A stretch of 63,582 nt of DNA, filler included, from Folioceros fuciformis (Eukaryota), in the NCBI GenBank assembly GCA_049999805.1. It is 13 parts of 13 records of this genome, joined end to end, with 100 filler letters (N's around TTAATTAATTAA, not from the genome) between each part and the next. Parts side by side here need not be neighbours in the genome. Positions count along the whole stretch, not along the records: positions 48,326 to 54,165 come from JBNGIO010002128.1; positions 54,266 to 56,330 come from JBNGIO010002130.1; positions 56,431 to 60,198 come from JBNGIO010002132.1; positions 60,299 to 63,582 come from JBNGIO010002134.1; 9 more parts are not named here. One strand, written 5' to 3'. Made by a program: the position numbers and the translations under genes. The notes beneath the pieces are model-generated. The model ran no database searches. It worked only from the letters and a program-made list of their open reading frames with translations, and was not told where the DNA came from. Within the stretch, counting starts at the first letter, position 1, and each line of letters opens with the position of its first letter. Shown piece by piece: positions 48,226 to 60,331 of the stretch.

Positions 48226-51200
48226 NNNNNNNNNNNNNNNNNNNNNNNNNNNNNNNNNNNNNNNNNNNNTTAATTAATTAANNNNNNNNNNNNNNNNNNN
48301 NNNNNNNNNNNNNNNNNNNNNNNNNCAAATGAAGAGGATGGAATAATTTTTTTTTTAAAGTAGGGCCTAGCCATATATGTGAACAAAAGAAAGGATTAGC
48401 TACAATAACTTCAAGACCCACAAACTTGTTAGTCACTTTATCCCTTCATACTCATAATGTTCTTCTGCCCTTGCAATTGAGGATTATGAAGAGAGCTCCA
48501 TTTGAAAGGATAGGCACAATGAACCATTTGCATATCCAAGGAACTAAGCTATCCATGGGCCTTAGCCAATTTATCTCATCTATTGTTTTAACACATGGAA
48601 GGATGGCAAGAAGACACAATCTATATCTACAAGTGCCACGGCTTGGCTACAATGCTATCAACTCAACTTGCAATTATGTGCTCCTCATGTTGAGTTTATG
48701 AAAATCACTTCCCATGAGGTTCTTAGGAGACCTTGTTGGAGGATGACTACCAGTCCTACTAACTCTATAATGCCCTACTAACTCTATAATGCTTAATTAG
48801 CACTACTATATGTAATGGCAATTTTCCTTGTGCATCACTTAAGTTATCATACCATAGCTGTAACAACTTTAGTATTCCATATATACCAAATAGCACAAAA
48901 GAAACGTTTCTTTTTCACTCTACATATATCTTTAAATGAATAATACACCTGTTATGTACAAAATATAATTAATAATTGGAAAGTGTCCCAAAGTGAATTG
49001 AAATTGTGCATCCCTAAGTTAAAAAACTTAGAGATGCCATTCTTAAATACTAAATTTTACATCTTTCCTTCATTTATCTATCAAGTTTACACCAAACATT
49101 CATTAATTATAAATGCTCAAATGTTCCAATCCACATCCAAGACCTTGATAAGGATCATGCAAGTGGCAAAGGAAGCCCCATGGTGTATTCAAGCTAGCCA
49201 TTATGGACATGGTGGCTGAAAAATAAGAAGGAATGACAAAAAAGTAGTAGGTGTGGTGTTCACATTTTGGTTTGCAAACATCCTTCCTTTCATTTTGATG
49301 CAAGATTTTCCTTCGCATGGAATGAATGCAAGCCATATGATATTTTGACTGTGATATAGAAATATGGGCAAATAAAGTGCATTGTGGGCATGCTTGGCTA
49401 TTGAGCAAGTGAAATGAGACCTCCTTAAATTTACTAAAATGATTTGAGTGAGCATAAATGATATGGAAACATATGTTTGCAATCTCCTGTTACACATAGG
49501 AGACTTAAGATCCTTACACAAAAGAACACTAAAATGTTAGAAAGGGTCTACTATTCACCAAGGAGCTTCCTTAGTGAAAATATGCAAAAGAGGGCTTCTA
49601 ATGGGCATGGAATGATCAAATTTAGGAGTGAGATTGAAAAAAAGATGTGAAATTATGGTGATTTGCTAAAAGTAAACAAAGTACGTCATTGGAAGTACTG
49701 TTGGAAATAGTGTCTTCTTCTTCTTGATGCGTAGACCCCTTGTTTGATGACCATGTGCCACTTCAGTGCCCCTTTTATTGTTGCTTTTGAAACCTAGAGT
49801 TTAAGTCATGCACCCTTTAGTAGAAGATGATACAAGCTTATTTGTGAATCCTATTCATCTTATGTTCATATTTTGGTTTCTAAATGTTTCATTGCAACAA
49901 GTGTGTGTTGGAGTGATATTTTGTTTTTTTTGCTAAGTTTGGTGTGAAATAGAGTCAGGATGTAAGTAGATCGAGGTATTTATATTCAAAAGTTCCTTGG
50001 TCAATGAGTTTTAAGTTTTGGGTTTGGTTTGACCAGTAATTGGTCCTTGGACCAAGGGGTTGATTGTTCCTTAGCCTTTGGCCTTTGAACAATTCGCAAA
50101 AGCTTATATAAGGGGGGGAACCCCAGAGACAGTAGAGCCATTTTGTGTTAGGAGCTAGAGGTCGAACCGGGGGTTGAGTGTCCTAGTCTGTGCGTGGACT
50201 TAGTCGTTGAAGAGAGGTAGTCGGAGCCCGATGGTGGTCGTAGAAGGGAGAAAGTGGTCGCAAAAGGAGCAATCAATATTGGAAGTCGGCAGTGGTTGAG
50301 GAAACAAGAACGACTTCCGGAAAATGAAAACCCTAAGGGGAAGTCCAAGTGTCCGAGGTGCATTTTCGAAGTGGAGCGCAACCACGATTGAAGCGATGTC
50401 GGGGAGTGGACTCTAGGCAAACGAAAGCGCAGGTGTACAGGTTGAACAGGGTGAACGCGATGACCAAGGAGGAGGCAGCAGGCGCGGCAACAACGACCAT
50501 CTCCTGACAGGCTTGAGGAAACGCGAGGCTGCGAGGAGCAAGCTTAGGCGGTGGAGGTGGTGCGCAAGCAAACCTTTGGAGCGGCGACGGATGGCGGAAT
50601 TGGTGGATGAGCTAACGGCGGTTGATTCTTGCAGGAACGTCACATCCGGACCCTTGGCACAGGTTGAGATTGCCCTCTGGCCCAACACGGACCATTGGAG
50701 GGTCTAGGCAGGTGATTTGGTGGAGAAACTGGGTCTCGGTTTCATTGCAAAACGTTGGAACTACGTGAACCCACATGTGGAGTAAAATGTTGTGTCAGGG
50801 GACACTGCGAGGGCCACACAAACCCTCTATGTCGTTGTAGCCATGGGATTCGCTCCCAAGGGAATGATTTGTGCCAAGTAACACAGGTTTCTTCTACGAC
50901 TCTACGATTTTGGTCTCTACTCCACAACCACGATCGTGACCTCTGCAACCACTAGTAACCTCCACGACTGGTGGTGGGATTCCATGACCGTGATGGGGCC
51001 CACATGAAACCCTAACTATATTTCCTCGGCGCTTGCGCCGTCGCGGGTTTCCACTGCGGGTTTTATCCAGGGGGTTTCCAGACTCACAGTTCTGGTTTTA
51101 TTGGAGGCTCCACACAAGTGCTAATCCTTGGGGGAACAAGACTCCACGGATTGGCCACACTCTCTCACACACCCATGCGCGCACACACACAAGAAGCTCC

Positions 51201-51513
51201 GATATATGCTTAGTCCTCACAGGTCTGTCCTCAAGGGTCTTTAGTCTTCCAGTAGCACCACAAATCTCCAACAAATCTTTCACAATCCCTCACAATCTTT
51301 CACCAGCTTCGACCATCTTCAACAACCGCTCACACACACTCCGAAATCTCTCGGAATTCCTCCAGGAATCACATCCAAACTTCAGCACCCTTTCTCAATC
51401 ATCCCGCCAACTCTCAACGACTCTCTTCCAGGGTCTAGTAACCTCGCAGCGACCCCCAACAATCTCTCGGGGCCTCCTCAGCCCCTCAGCTCAGTCTTCC
51501 GCAGCCAACGGTT

Positions 51514-51972
51514 CAGGGAATAAGGGAAGGAGAGATTCTCCCTCCACTCTGTGCAGCGGGCGGATTCGTCCCCCTCGCCTCAGCTTACGGCCAGTCAGTC
51601 TTCCTCGTGCACATTCACTCCTTCACCCTTTTCTTTATTACTCACCCACTCTTCATCTTCTCACACACGCTCTTCGACACTTCGCCTCTTCACACCCGCT
51701 TTTCACCACCAGATTTGAAACACAGCCGAAGGATCAGGGAATAAGGGAAGGAGGTGCTCCCCTTCCACTCCGCCCAACTGGCAGATTCATCCCCCTCTCC
51801 TCGGCTACGGACTACAGATAGTCATTCAGGGAATAAGGGAAGGAGAAGTTCTCCCTCCACTCCGCGCATCGGGCGGATTCGTCTCCCTCACCACTCACCG
51901 CAGAACACTAGCAATGCAGGGAATAAGGGAAGGTGACCTTCCACTCAGCAGGCAATTGCTTATTCGTCCCCC
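51514..51972. repeat. Four copies of a structured motif of about 60 bp (starts 51514, 51735, 51827, 51917)
   Basis: Invariant cagggaataagggaagg...tccactc...attc(g/a)tc with variable self-complementary inserts. Confidence 0.88.
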
Positions 51973-52362
51973 TTACCACCAACTGTGGAGCAAGAAAGCT
52001 CCCGACCACCCTTAGGAGCGTCGTACACACGCTGCCCACCCATACATCCCCAATCTAGCTATGGACAGCGTGAGGACCTCGACCAGGAAGAGTCGCCAAC
52101 TTTTCCTCATTAGTGAGGCACCAACATGCCTCTTTGTACACACAACGGGTGGGATCGTAGCCGCCATTAAGTTCAATCTTAGGCAGTCAAGCGCTCTTAC
52201 TTACGAGCGGCATCAGCTCCAAGAAAGCATCTTCACTAGATCTTACTAAATGCTATTCTAAGATGCAATGATTTTTAGCCTATTCTATCACTGCGCTAGC
52301 CTCCTATTTGGCCGTCGTGTACCTGTCCCTCGGCTGCCAAACCCTCGGGCCCTCCTTCCTCT

Positions 52363-53667
52363 TCACTGGTTAGGAAGATCCTCCCATAAAACCTCTATCT
52401 CGCTCTCGCTACCGCCTGACTTCTCTTGTTGAGGCGTGGGTGGGGTCCGCCGAGGAGTCCTTCCCCCACCTTCCAGTTGCTTGTTGCTGAGGACCTTCAT
52501 GGGTTCTTGCTCCACCCATGCTTGCGCTTCTTCCTCTGTCAGTTCTACCAAGACTGCCTCCGAATAACAAGGAGGTCCTCCCTACACCTGGAAGTAGTGG
52601 GAAAAGCATCCCCCGCGAGTCCTCAGTTGTAGAAAGTAAGCTCTTGTCCCTCCTATTTCCACATGCACATGGATAGTCAGGTTAAGTACACGGTCCCCAT
52701 TCACATAGAGGCTAGGAACATGAGTTTCTTCATCCAGTTGCTGTAATACAATCTGGCCTCCTGCTGCAAATGAGGTGCTTACCCCCTCCTCCTGTAGGCT
52801 ACCCCGAACTGCGTGTCTTCTGCTCTCCAAGGAAACTGGGGAATCCTCTGCTCCTCTGGCTGTCGCTGCTCCCAGCCCTGTCCTCGTGGTGCAGGTTGCC
52901 ATCCTAGCTCTTCCAGCCGCTAGCTCCACGACTGTCGCTGCTTCCTCTACCCTAGTAGGTCTGTCCTCTACTGGCGTGGTCTCCCTATGACCGGTAGCGG
53001 CTTCGGCTACCTCAGTCGCGGACCAGCTACTTTGTTTAGCTTTCCCTTTTCCCTTCACCTGGCTCTGGGCCTCATCTCGTTACCGTTTATACCGATCCGC
53101 GAGCTTCTGGACCTTCTCCACTGTAGCCGCCTCCTGCTCCTGTGCCCTCAACAGCTCCTGTTGCATTCCCTGATTGGCTTCGTGGACCTCCTTGACTTGA
53201 GTCAGGAGCAGTTCCTACTGATCTTTCATGGCCTACATTTCCTCCCGAGCCCGGCGTACTTCCTCCTTCGCCTGTTCCATTGCTGCACTCAGGGCCTGTT
53301 GAGCTTCCTGTAGTTGCTCCCGCCTTGCTTCCGCGTCAGACAGCTTGGCCTGCACCTCCTCTTCTTTCTGCTCCTGCATGCTCAGCCAGGTGAGCACCCG
53401 TGCAGCCTGGTCTAGCATGTCCGCCTGCGCCTGAACCATGACCGTTGTCATGCCTCGTAAATCCACCTGTTGGGGCGTGCCTCCAGTATCCATTCCTCTA
53501 TCCAGGATCCCCCTTCCCAGTAGTGTGCATACCCTAGCCAAATCCTCCTCTTGCAAATTTGCCACCAAGGGGGTGGCCTTGAAGGTCTCTTCCCACCCGA
53601 GAAAGAGTTCTTCCCTCGGGGTCAGCCCTAACTTCTTTGCCACCTCAGCCGGTTTCGCCCCCTCCAC
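52363..53667 (-). pseudogene. Decayed coiled-coil ORF antisense to the LTR element
   Basis: ORFs 53233-53667 and 52582-53058 share one frame, separated by TAG/TAA stops in E/Q/A-rich heptad-like sequence; a further piece lies at 52363-52551. Confidence 0.55.
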
Positions 53668-54915
53668 TGGCGCTGATTCCTTGGGTTCGGTTAAGGGGGT
53701 TGTGAACCTCCAAAGTTTGGGGTAGTGGTTTGTTTTGGTTGAAAAAGGGTTAATAGTGGTATGGTTTGGTTTTCTTTTTCTACTTATTTTCCCTAAATTT
53801 CCTTTATTTTCTGGTCATTTTTCCTATTTTTCTTTGTGCTAATTAAGTTAATTGACCAGGAAATAGTTGGTTTGGTTATAAGAGTGGGTATAGGTTTGGT
53901 CCCAGAGCTGGGAAGGTTTAGGTTCGGTACCAGGCCATAGGGTTGGGTGATTAGTTTAATATTAATTAAAGATATATAATATTAAATTATTAAATAATAT
54001 AATAATAATATAATAATGGTTTGAACATAGGAAGGGGTATCTGGGTGTGTCAGGGTCTGACGATAGACTGGCTGATTGCTTGGCTGGCACGAATGGTTGT
54101 GGAGGCCATGCCCTAGCAAGAGCTAGAGGCAGGGGTTGCGGCCGCCCCTCCCCTTTTCCCCCTTTNNNNNNNNNNNNNNNNNNNNNNNNNNNNNNNNNNN
54201 NNNNNNNNNTTAATTAATTAANNNNNNNNNNNNNNNNNNNNNNNNNNNNNNNNNNNNNNNNNNNNGTGTCTGGTAGGATCACAAGGTGTAATGACCAGGG
54301 TGAAGGGGCTTCCCCCTAGCTCTTGATTGTAAAGGATGTGTCTTTCTCTCGACCTGTCCACTCTTGTTCCTTGCTTGGACAAGTGCTGTAGGCCGGCCAT
54401 GTCTCATGGCATCTGGTAAGGTTGTGAGGAGGAGATATCCACGAGGGGAGTGTGTTCCCTTCTTCCTTTTGTTTGGGGTTAGTCTAGTGACTCTTGCCGG
54501 GTAGGAGGAGTCAGTAGGGAAGTGTAGAAGGTAGTGGTGTCATTGTTAGTTGCTGGTGTTGGTGCTGGAGTGAGAGAGTGAGTGAAGTGAGTGAGGGAAG
54601 TTGCAGATCTAACAGGTTAGGGTCGGTGTAGTGACTGGAGTGAGTTTGTGGGCACCAAGAGAGGTGCAGCTGACCGCCGGACAGTGAGGCTTGTCCTACG
54701 CCTGATCAGAGCTGGAGGGAAGCCCTCGAATCCATCATCAAGTTGATCAAGTCCGACCCTCCATCCACAGCAGCAAGGAACCCCATCGCTCCTTCGTGGG
54801 AACGAAACCCAATGTCTCAACAACAGTAGGATAAGTGTAGCCACTAAAGATGGAACCCGTTGGCAACCAGTGCCCGGGGTTTCGCCTCCACATAAGACCA
54901 CTGGCAGGAGCGGAA

Positions 54916-55889
54916 TTACTCAGAGCTATACGAAAGGTGTCCTAGCTCTACAGAAACCCTGACCAATAGAAACATAGCTCTCACAGAATCTAGGAATGAG
55001 ATACCTTGAGATGAGAGCTGGCTGAAAATGGTATTGAACTTATTCAGATGATCGGACATCCTCGTCCCTTCCTTCATCTTCAAGTCCACCAGCTGTTTCA
55101 ACCAGTACACCTGAGAAGCCGCACTTTGCTTCTCATACAGGTCACACAACTTCTGCCATAGCTCGTAACTTGTGGTCTTGTCTTTCACATTGAAGTAGAC
55201 CGACTTTGACAATGTTAGCATGATGGTAGACCTAGCAAGCTCATCGACTTAATTTGCTTCTTATGCACTAGAACATTATACACTTGTTCTTTCCAAAATG
55301 GGAAGTTAGTACCATCTAACTTCTCGATATTGAACATGACGTTTTCTAAGGACGTCATGATTCAAAAATCGATGCAAATCAACTAAAAGGCTAGTTAGAA
55401 AACAATCGGAATGTAATATAGATTCTCAAAGTTACTGTGGCGACGGCGACGGCGCCCTAGCCCTGCGGTTGCGTCCTAGCCTTAGCTGGCGGCCGGCACC
55501 CTTGCTCCTCCTGGATGTCATCTTCTTGCCTTGTGCCTCCGTTCGTAGCACCTACAATAGACACAACCATCTTGCTCCACAACCTGGCTCTGATACCACT
55601 TGAAGGATCGCTGGAGGAGCATGGTGAAGGAGAGGAGAGGAGGAGGCAAGGAGGAGGAGAAAGAGAGGTCACACTCTCACAAAAGGTCTCAATATGCAAG
55701 GGAGCTCAAGGGGGTATTTATACCCTCTAGAAGAGCTCCCTAGGAAGCTTCACAAGAAGTGCACAGGAAGCTGCGCTAGAAGCTTCCTACAGATTAGCTT
55801 AAGCTAATCTAAAGTAATGATACTTAACTAAACACTAATCTTAGACTAAACACATTAGTCTAAGCACATTGGGCTTTAATAACCCTACA
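54916..55889 (-). mobile_element. 5' end of Ty1/Copia element: LTR 55889-55601, tRNA-iMet PBS 55598-55587, frameshifted gag from 55358
   Basis: TG...CA LTR followed by agTGGTATCAGAGC; FNIEKLDGTNFPFWK, LWQKLCDLYEK, LKMKEG..MSDHLNKFN. Confidence 0.92.
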
Positions 55890-56283
55890 AGAAGAAGCAC
55901 TGTCGTCTGAAGGAGCCGAAGTAGAATCCATGGACTTAGAACGAGCATATGGTAACCGAGCCTCATTAAAAGTGACAGTGCCAGCATATACAATAGCATG
56001 GATATCCAAGTCAACCAATTTATAAGCTTTACGGTCCTCGCCATAGCCAACAAATACCAGCTTGCGAGCACGAGCAGAAAGCTTGTCGTGAAGCTGAGAA
56101 GGAATATTAGCATAGGCGGGGCAGCCGAAAATCCGAAGGTGAGTAATAAGAGGCTTATATCCATGCTAGGACTCAAAGGGTGTCTGGTTAGGAACGGACT
56201 TGGAAAGTACCCTGTTGCAGAGATACGTTGCAGTATTAATCGCTTCAACCCAGAAGGGTTTGGGGAGCTGAGCGCAGGCTAGC
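55890..56283 (-). mobile_element. Older Copia integrase C-terminal/SH3-like fragment interrupted by LTRs on both sides
   Basis: LPKPFWVEAINTATYLCNR...TPFE...HLRIFGCPAY...KL...LVFVGY...KAYKL...VTFNE with an internal stop. Confidence 0.85.
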
Positions 56284-56330
56284 TGTGAACCTCCAAAGTT
56301 TGGGGTAGTAGTTTGTTTTGGTTGAAAAAG
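56284..56330 (+). mobile_element. LTR terminus of the same family as 53701
   Basis: tgtgaacctccaaagtttggggtagt(a/g)gtttgttttggttgaaaaag, 46 of 47 bases identical to 53701-53747. Confidence 0.85.
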
Positions 56331-57019
56331 NNNNNNNNNNNNNNNNNNNNNNNNNNNNNNNNNNNNNNNNNNNNTTAATTAATTAANNNNNNNNNNNNNN
56401 NNNNNNNNNNNNNNNNNNNNNNNNNNNNNNTCTGCTTCCGCTTCCGGCCGTCGCTGTAGGTATGGACGGATCGATGCCCCCTGCCGCTGGCGGCTCTGCA
56501 GGATGATGAAAGCGTCGCTCCCCTCTCATGGTCGTGCCCGAGCTATCTGTTTGGGAGGTGGATCGTCTCCTAGGGCACGTGCGTGCTGAAGTCTGCACTG
56601 GCATTTGTCTTCGTGGAGTTTGTATCAGATCAGGTGGCTGCGTGTTGGCTGTCTTTGCTGATCTGTGTGTGCCCTTGCTGGGATTCGTGGGGGAATTCTG
56701 TGGCGGATTTTGCAGATTCCGGGTTTTTGTACATTTTCGTCGTTTTGACTGATTCTCTGTGACTTTGTGAGAGAATTATGCAACTCTCGAGTGTTGGTGG
56801 GGCTTCTTATTCTTGAAGGCCTTTGTTGTTGTGGTGATCAGGTATTTAGTACACCGAGGACTGGGGAATGCCTTTTGGAGAACTAATGCAGCAGGGAAGC
56901 TGCTTTGGGAAGTGTGCATGAGCATTTATTGGTAGATAATCATTTGTAGTAGCGGGACAGGCAGATTCTGCCAGAAAAAAGCATTGTGAAGCATAGGTGG
57001 AATAAAGCGCGCAAGAAGG

Positions 57020-59396
57020 ATGTCGGACAAAGGTACTGAGGATGTTGCCTTCTCTGTTTCCCGCTCTGGTGGTCGGAGAGACCCATATGAGGTGCTAGGC
57101 GTGCCTCGTGATGCGACAGACCAGCAGATCAAGACTGCTTATCGCAAGTTAGCTCTGAAGTAAGTTCTTTTTCTGAATGATAGATCTTCCGAAAAGCAGT
57201 TGCAGGCGGGCCCAGCCGCTCCCGTGCCTGCCTGAGCCTAATCACTTGCTGGCCTGATCCAGTTGTGACAGCAACCTGACCCTCCAAAATCGTGCAGATA
57301 TCATCCCGACAAAAATGTCAACAGTCCAGAAGCTACGGACCAATTCAAGGAAGTTTCGTATGCGTACAGCATTCTCTCGGATCCGGATAAAAGAAAGCAT
57401 TACAACGAAGCTGGGTTTGAGGTATCATTTCGTTTCTTTTTGATGAAGCTCTTTTGGCACGTAGAATGAAACGGCGGGCTTTGCACTATTTTTTGTCATC
57501 ATTGGCCACAAACAGGTTCGTATTTTGACTTGCATGAGATTTTCTCTATCTCGATGGTTTCAGGCTATTGATATGGATGGCCTCGACATGGAGCTTGATC
57601 TCTCAAATTTGGGAACAGTGAACACCATGTTTGCAGCTCTGTTCAGGTGGACGGCCATGGTCATTTTGTTAGATATTTGTCTACATGTGCACTAAGGTCA
57701 TTCAAGCTGTCAAATAGCTTACAATGATTTCTTGTATTATTCAGTAAACTTGGAGTTCCTATCAAGACCACAATTTCAGCCACGGTTTTGGAGGATGCCC
57801 TCAAAGGAACTGTCACAATCAAACCACTACCTCTTGGCAGGCCCCATTCAGACAAGGTCACTACTTGCTTGCAGCAGAACCGATGCCAATGAGTAGTGCG
57901 GATGCCTTTCTCATGTTTCTGGGTGACAGATGAGCATCATGTGAATGCAGGTTGAGAAACAAGGTGCACACTTCTTTGGTGTCACCATTTCAGAGGCGCA
58001 GGCTGAAGCTGGGGTTGTTGTACGGGTCGTCTCGCCTTCACAGAGCAAATTCAAGGTTAGCTTGCATTGTGCCCACAATATCTGACGAGGGAGGAGCCGG
58101 ATGTGGTGTAGAGTAGAGTTGCATTGACTGTTGTCCCTGTTCTCATAGGTGGTGTTTCCGTTTGCAGTTGTTGTACTTTGAACAGGAGGAGAATGCTGGC
58201 TTGGGGCTGGCGTTGCAGGTTGGTTTCCTACTACTCTTCGTTGGAGCTGGTATGCAATTCCCCTAGTAATCCCGGCTGGGTCTTTAAACTGGGAATGGTT
58301 GGTAATTACTCTCTTGTCGGCAGGAGGACAGCATCAAAACAGGGAAGGTCACGTCGGCTGGGATGTTCTTCTTGCACTTTCAAGTTTACCGGTTAGATCC
58401 AACAGTCAATGCAGTGAGTGTTTCTGTCATCATCCTTTCTTCTTCGTAGGAATCAGAAACTGACTTTCTGTGCAGCCTTCTTTCTTTGATGGTTGGATAT
58501 TAACGTTGTAGCCCTTTGCAGTTATTGATTGCAAAGGACCCTGACGCAGCATTTTTCAAAAGACTCGATGGTTTGCAGCCATGTGAGATGTCGACATTGA
58601 AGGAAGGAACGCACATCTTTGCTGTATACGGTGAGCATGTTGTTTGCTGCCAGGTTGTTTCCAAAGAGAATTTTAAATCTTAAAAGACTTGTTATTTCTA
58701 TGGGCAGGTGACAATTTCTTCAAGAGTGCCAGCTACACCATTGAAGCCGTATCTGCAGAAAAATTCTCTGAAGCAACCCAGAAGTTGAAGGCAGTTGAAG
58801 CTCAAATAGTTGCGAAGAGGGATGATTTGCGCCAGTTTGAAGCGGAATATCGTGAGGTGTGTGGATTTTTCTTGTCATATGATTCGGAGATATCCCAAGG
58901 GCCTGTCTACATTCTAAGATGACGTTATTGCAAGACATCTAACTTTCGGTGCGTTGTACGGTTTTCTGAGATGCTGTGTTTTCGATGCAGGTTCTAAACA
59001 GGTTCCAGGCAGTGACACAGAAGTACTCTCAAGAAAAGCATTCTGTGAGTCCCTTCTACCTCTCCCCCGTCATTTTCATTGTGCTGTATTTTGGAGCGGA
59101 GATACCTTGCGGTGCTAGCATCTGAAATGCAATCTTGGGTTTTTCAGGTAGATGAGCTATTGAAGACGCGAGACAAGATTCATGAATCTTTCACTTCAAT
59201 TCCCTCAACGAAGAAAAATCAGAATAAAGATCAGTACATCAAGGCAGGGGCGGCGACAGAAGATGCGAGAGAGGTAAGGGATGAAGAGTGCAAGGACTCG
59301 CTTCTGGATGACGGACCAACGACGGATAAGGATAGGAGCTCCAAGTCGAAAAAGTGGTTCAATATCAACTTCAAGACGGAGAAGAAATGTATCTGA
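57020..59396 (+). CDS. ARG1: DnaJ chaperone of the ARG1/ARL (dnaJ15/16) family, about 11 exons
   Basis: RRDPYEVLGV...AYRKLALK|YHPDKN; LDLSNLGTVNTMFAALFSKLGVPIKTT; VEKQ.AHF.GV; GKVTSAGM.FL.F; AKDPDAAFFKRLDG.QPCE; GTHIFAVYGDNFFK; KKWFN. Confidence 0.94.
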
Positions 59397-59866
59397 AACG
59401 TCTACTCATAGCCGGTGTGAGTCGTTGGTCGAGTAAGCATGTGGGAGCTGGGCTGGCCAGCCTGCATTAGAGATGATTAGTTTGGTATGGCGCATCTGGT
59501 ATCTCATTCTTGTCATATATTCTTGGGTAGTTGTAGCAGTACACCTACAATTGGTTCGTGTAGCCATTAGATAGCTCATTTAGTCGGTAATGTTTCAGCT
59601 TCTGTTGCCTTCTGGTGTGCAACTGGCTGACGTTGCCACCAAGCCCTGAGCAGTGACGTTGTGAGGCAGTCTTAGGTTGTGAGGGGTTCTGGTCTGGCGT
59701 TTTTCTGACTCGTGCTATGCCTAGACCTTAACTTCAAGCCAGCCAGCTGCGGGGTGTGGTAGTCACGTTGCCTTCTCGCTTGTTCTCCGGATGGTTGCTT
59801 TGCTTCGGCTGGTACCACTACATAGTACCTACACAATCTAGCTCCTGAGCCCGACAGACAAACTGG

Positions 59867-60019
59867 CTAGGACATGTACAATAGCGGGTGAAATCCCTTC
59901 CATTCTTTTGGGTTGTAACTATCTAGATAATCTCCAGCCTTCATAAGAGCTGGGGTTTCAATGCAGGTGGCTGGACTTGCTGAACCTAGTCGTCTGATTC
60001 CTTCCCAGCGGCTTGCCAC
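59867..60019 (-). CDS. Possible terminal exon of an unidentified gene convergent with the DnaJ
   Basis: Acceptor-like tcatggcag| then 50 codons (VASRWEGIRRLG...KEWKGFHPLLYMS*); frame also open to the gap; no family recognised. Confidence 0.3.
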   Translation of the reverse strand: MASRWEGIRRLGSASPATCIETPALMKAGDYLDSYNPKEWKGFHPLLYMS

Positions 60020-60331
60020 CTGCCATGAGACGGTGAAGATGGTAAGGTTTATAGGCGGCGAAGACTTGGCACTTGTGATGGGCGGAGCTGAAGGAGAGGC
60101 TGGAGATGGCGGAGGGAGGCGGCGTGGAAGCATCCGTGGTATGCCTGGTGAGCACAGGCCAGGCGCTGGTGGCGGAGCTGCTGCGGCTGGCGGAGCGCNN
60201 NNNNNNNNNNNNNNNNNNNNNNNNNNNNNNNNNNNNNNNNNNTTAATTAATTAANNNNNNNNNNNNNNNNNNNNNNNNNNNNNNNNNNNNNNNNNNNNCT
60301 GACCGATATTTGGATGTGTTTGCACTCGCAG

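Larger units (their letters stand above)
49960..54165 (+). mobile_element. LTR-retrotransposon-derived region: internal non-coding DNA, decayed antisense ORF, PPT (53691-53700) and 3' LTR from 53701
   Basis: ttaagggggt-TGTGAACCTCC; the same terminus recurs as an insertion edge at 56284. No pol domain seen; left boundary uncertain and may include more than one element. Confidence 0.55.

Noticed and set aside
48326-49800. AT-rich region with coding-like fragments on the minus strand, possibly an old transposase
   Set aside because: Too many stops and frameshifts to name a family.
51514-51972. Canonical hammerhead or twister ribozyme
   Set aside because: CUGANGA/GAAA core and twister consensus are absent on both strands; kept only as an unknown structured motif.
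59867-60019. EPF/EPFL ligand for the ERECTA receptor (GS..P..C and Y.P..WK resemblance)
   Set aside because: Only one Cys where EPFL peptides need six, and it is on a different contig.
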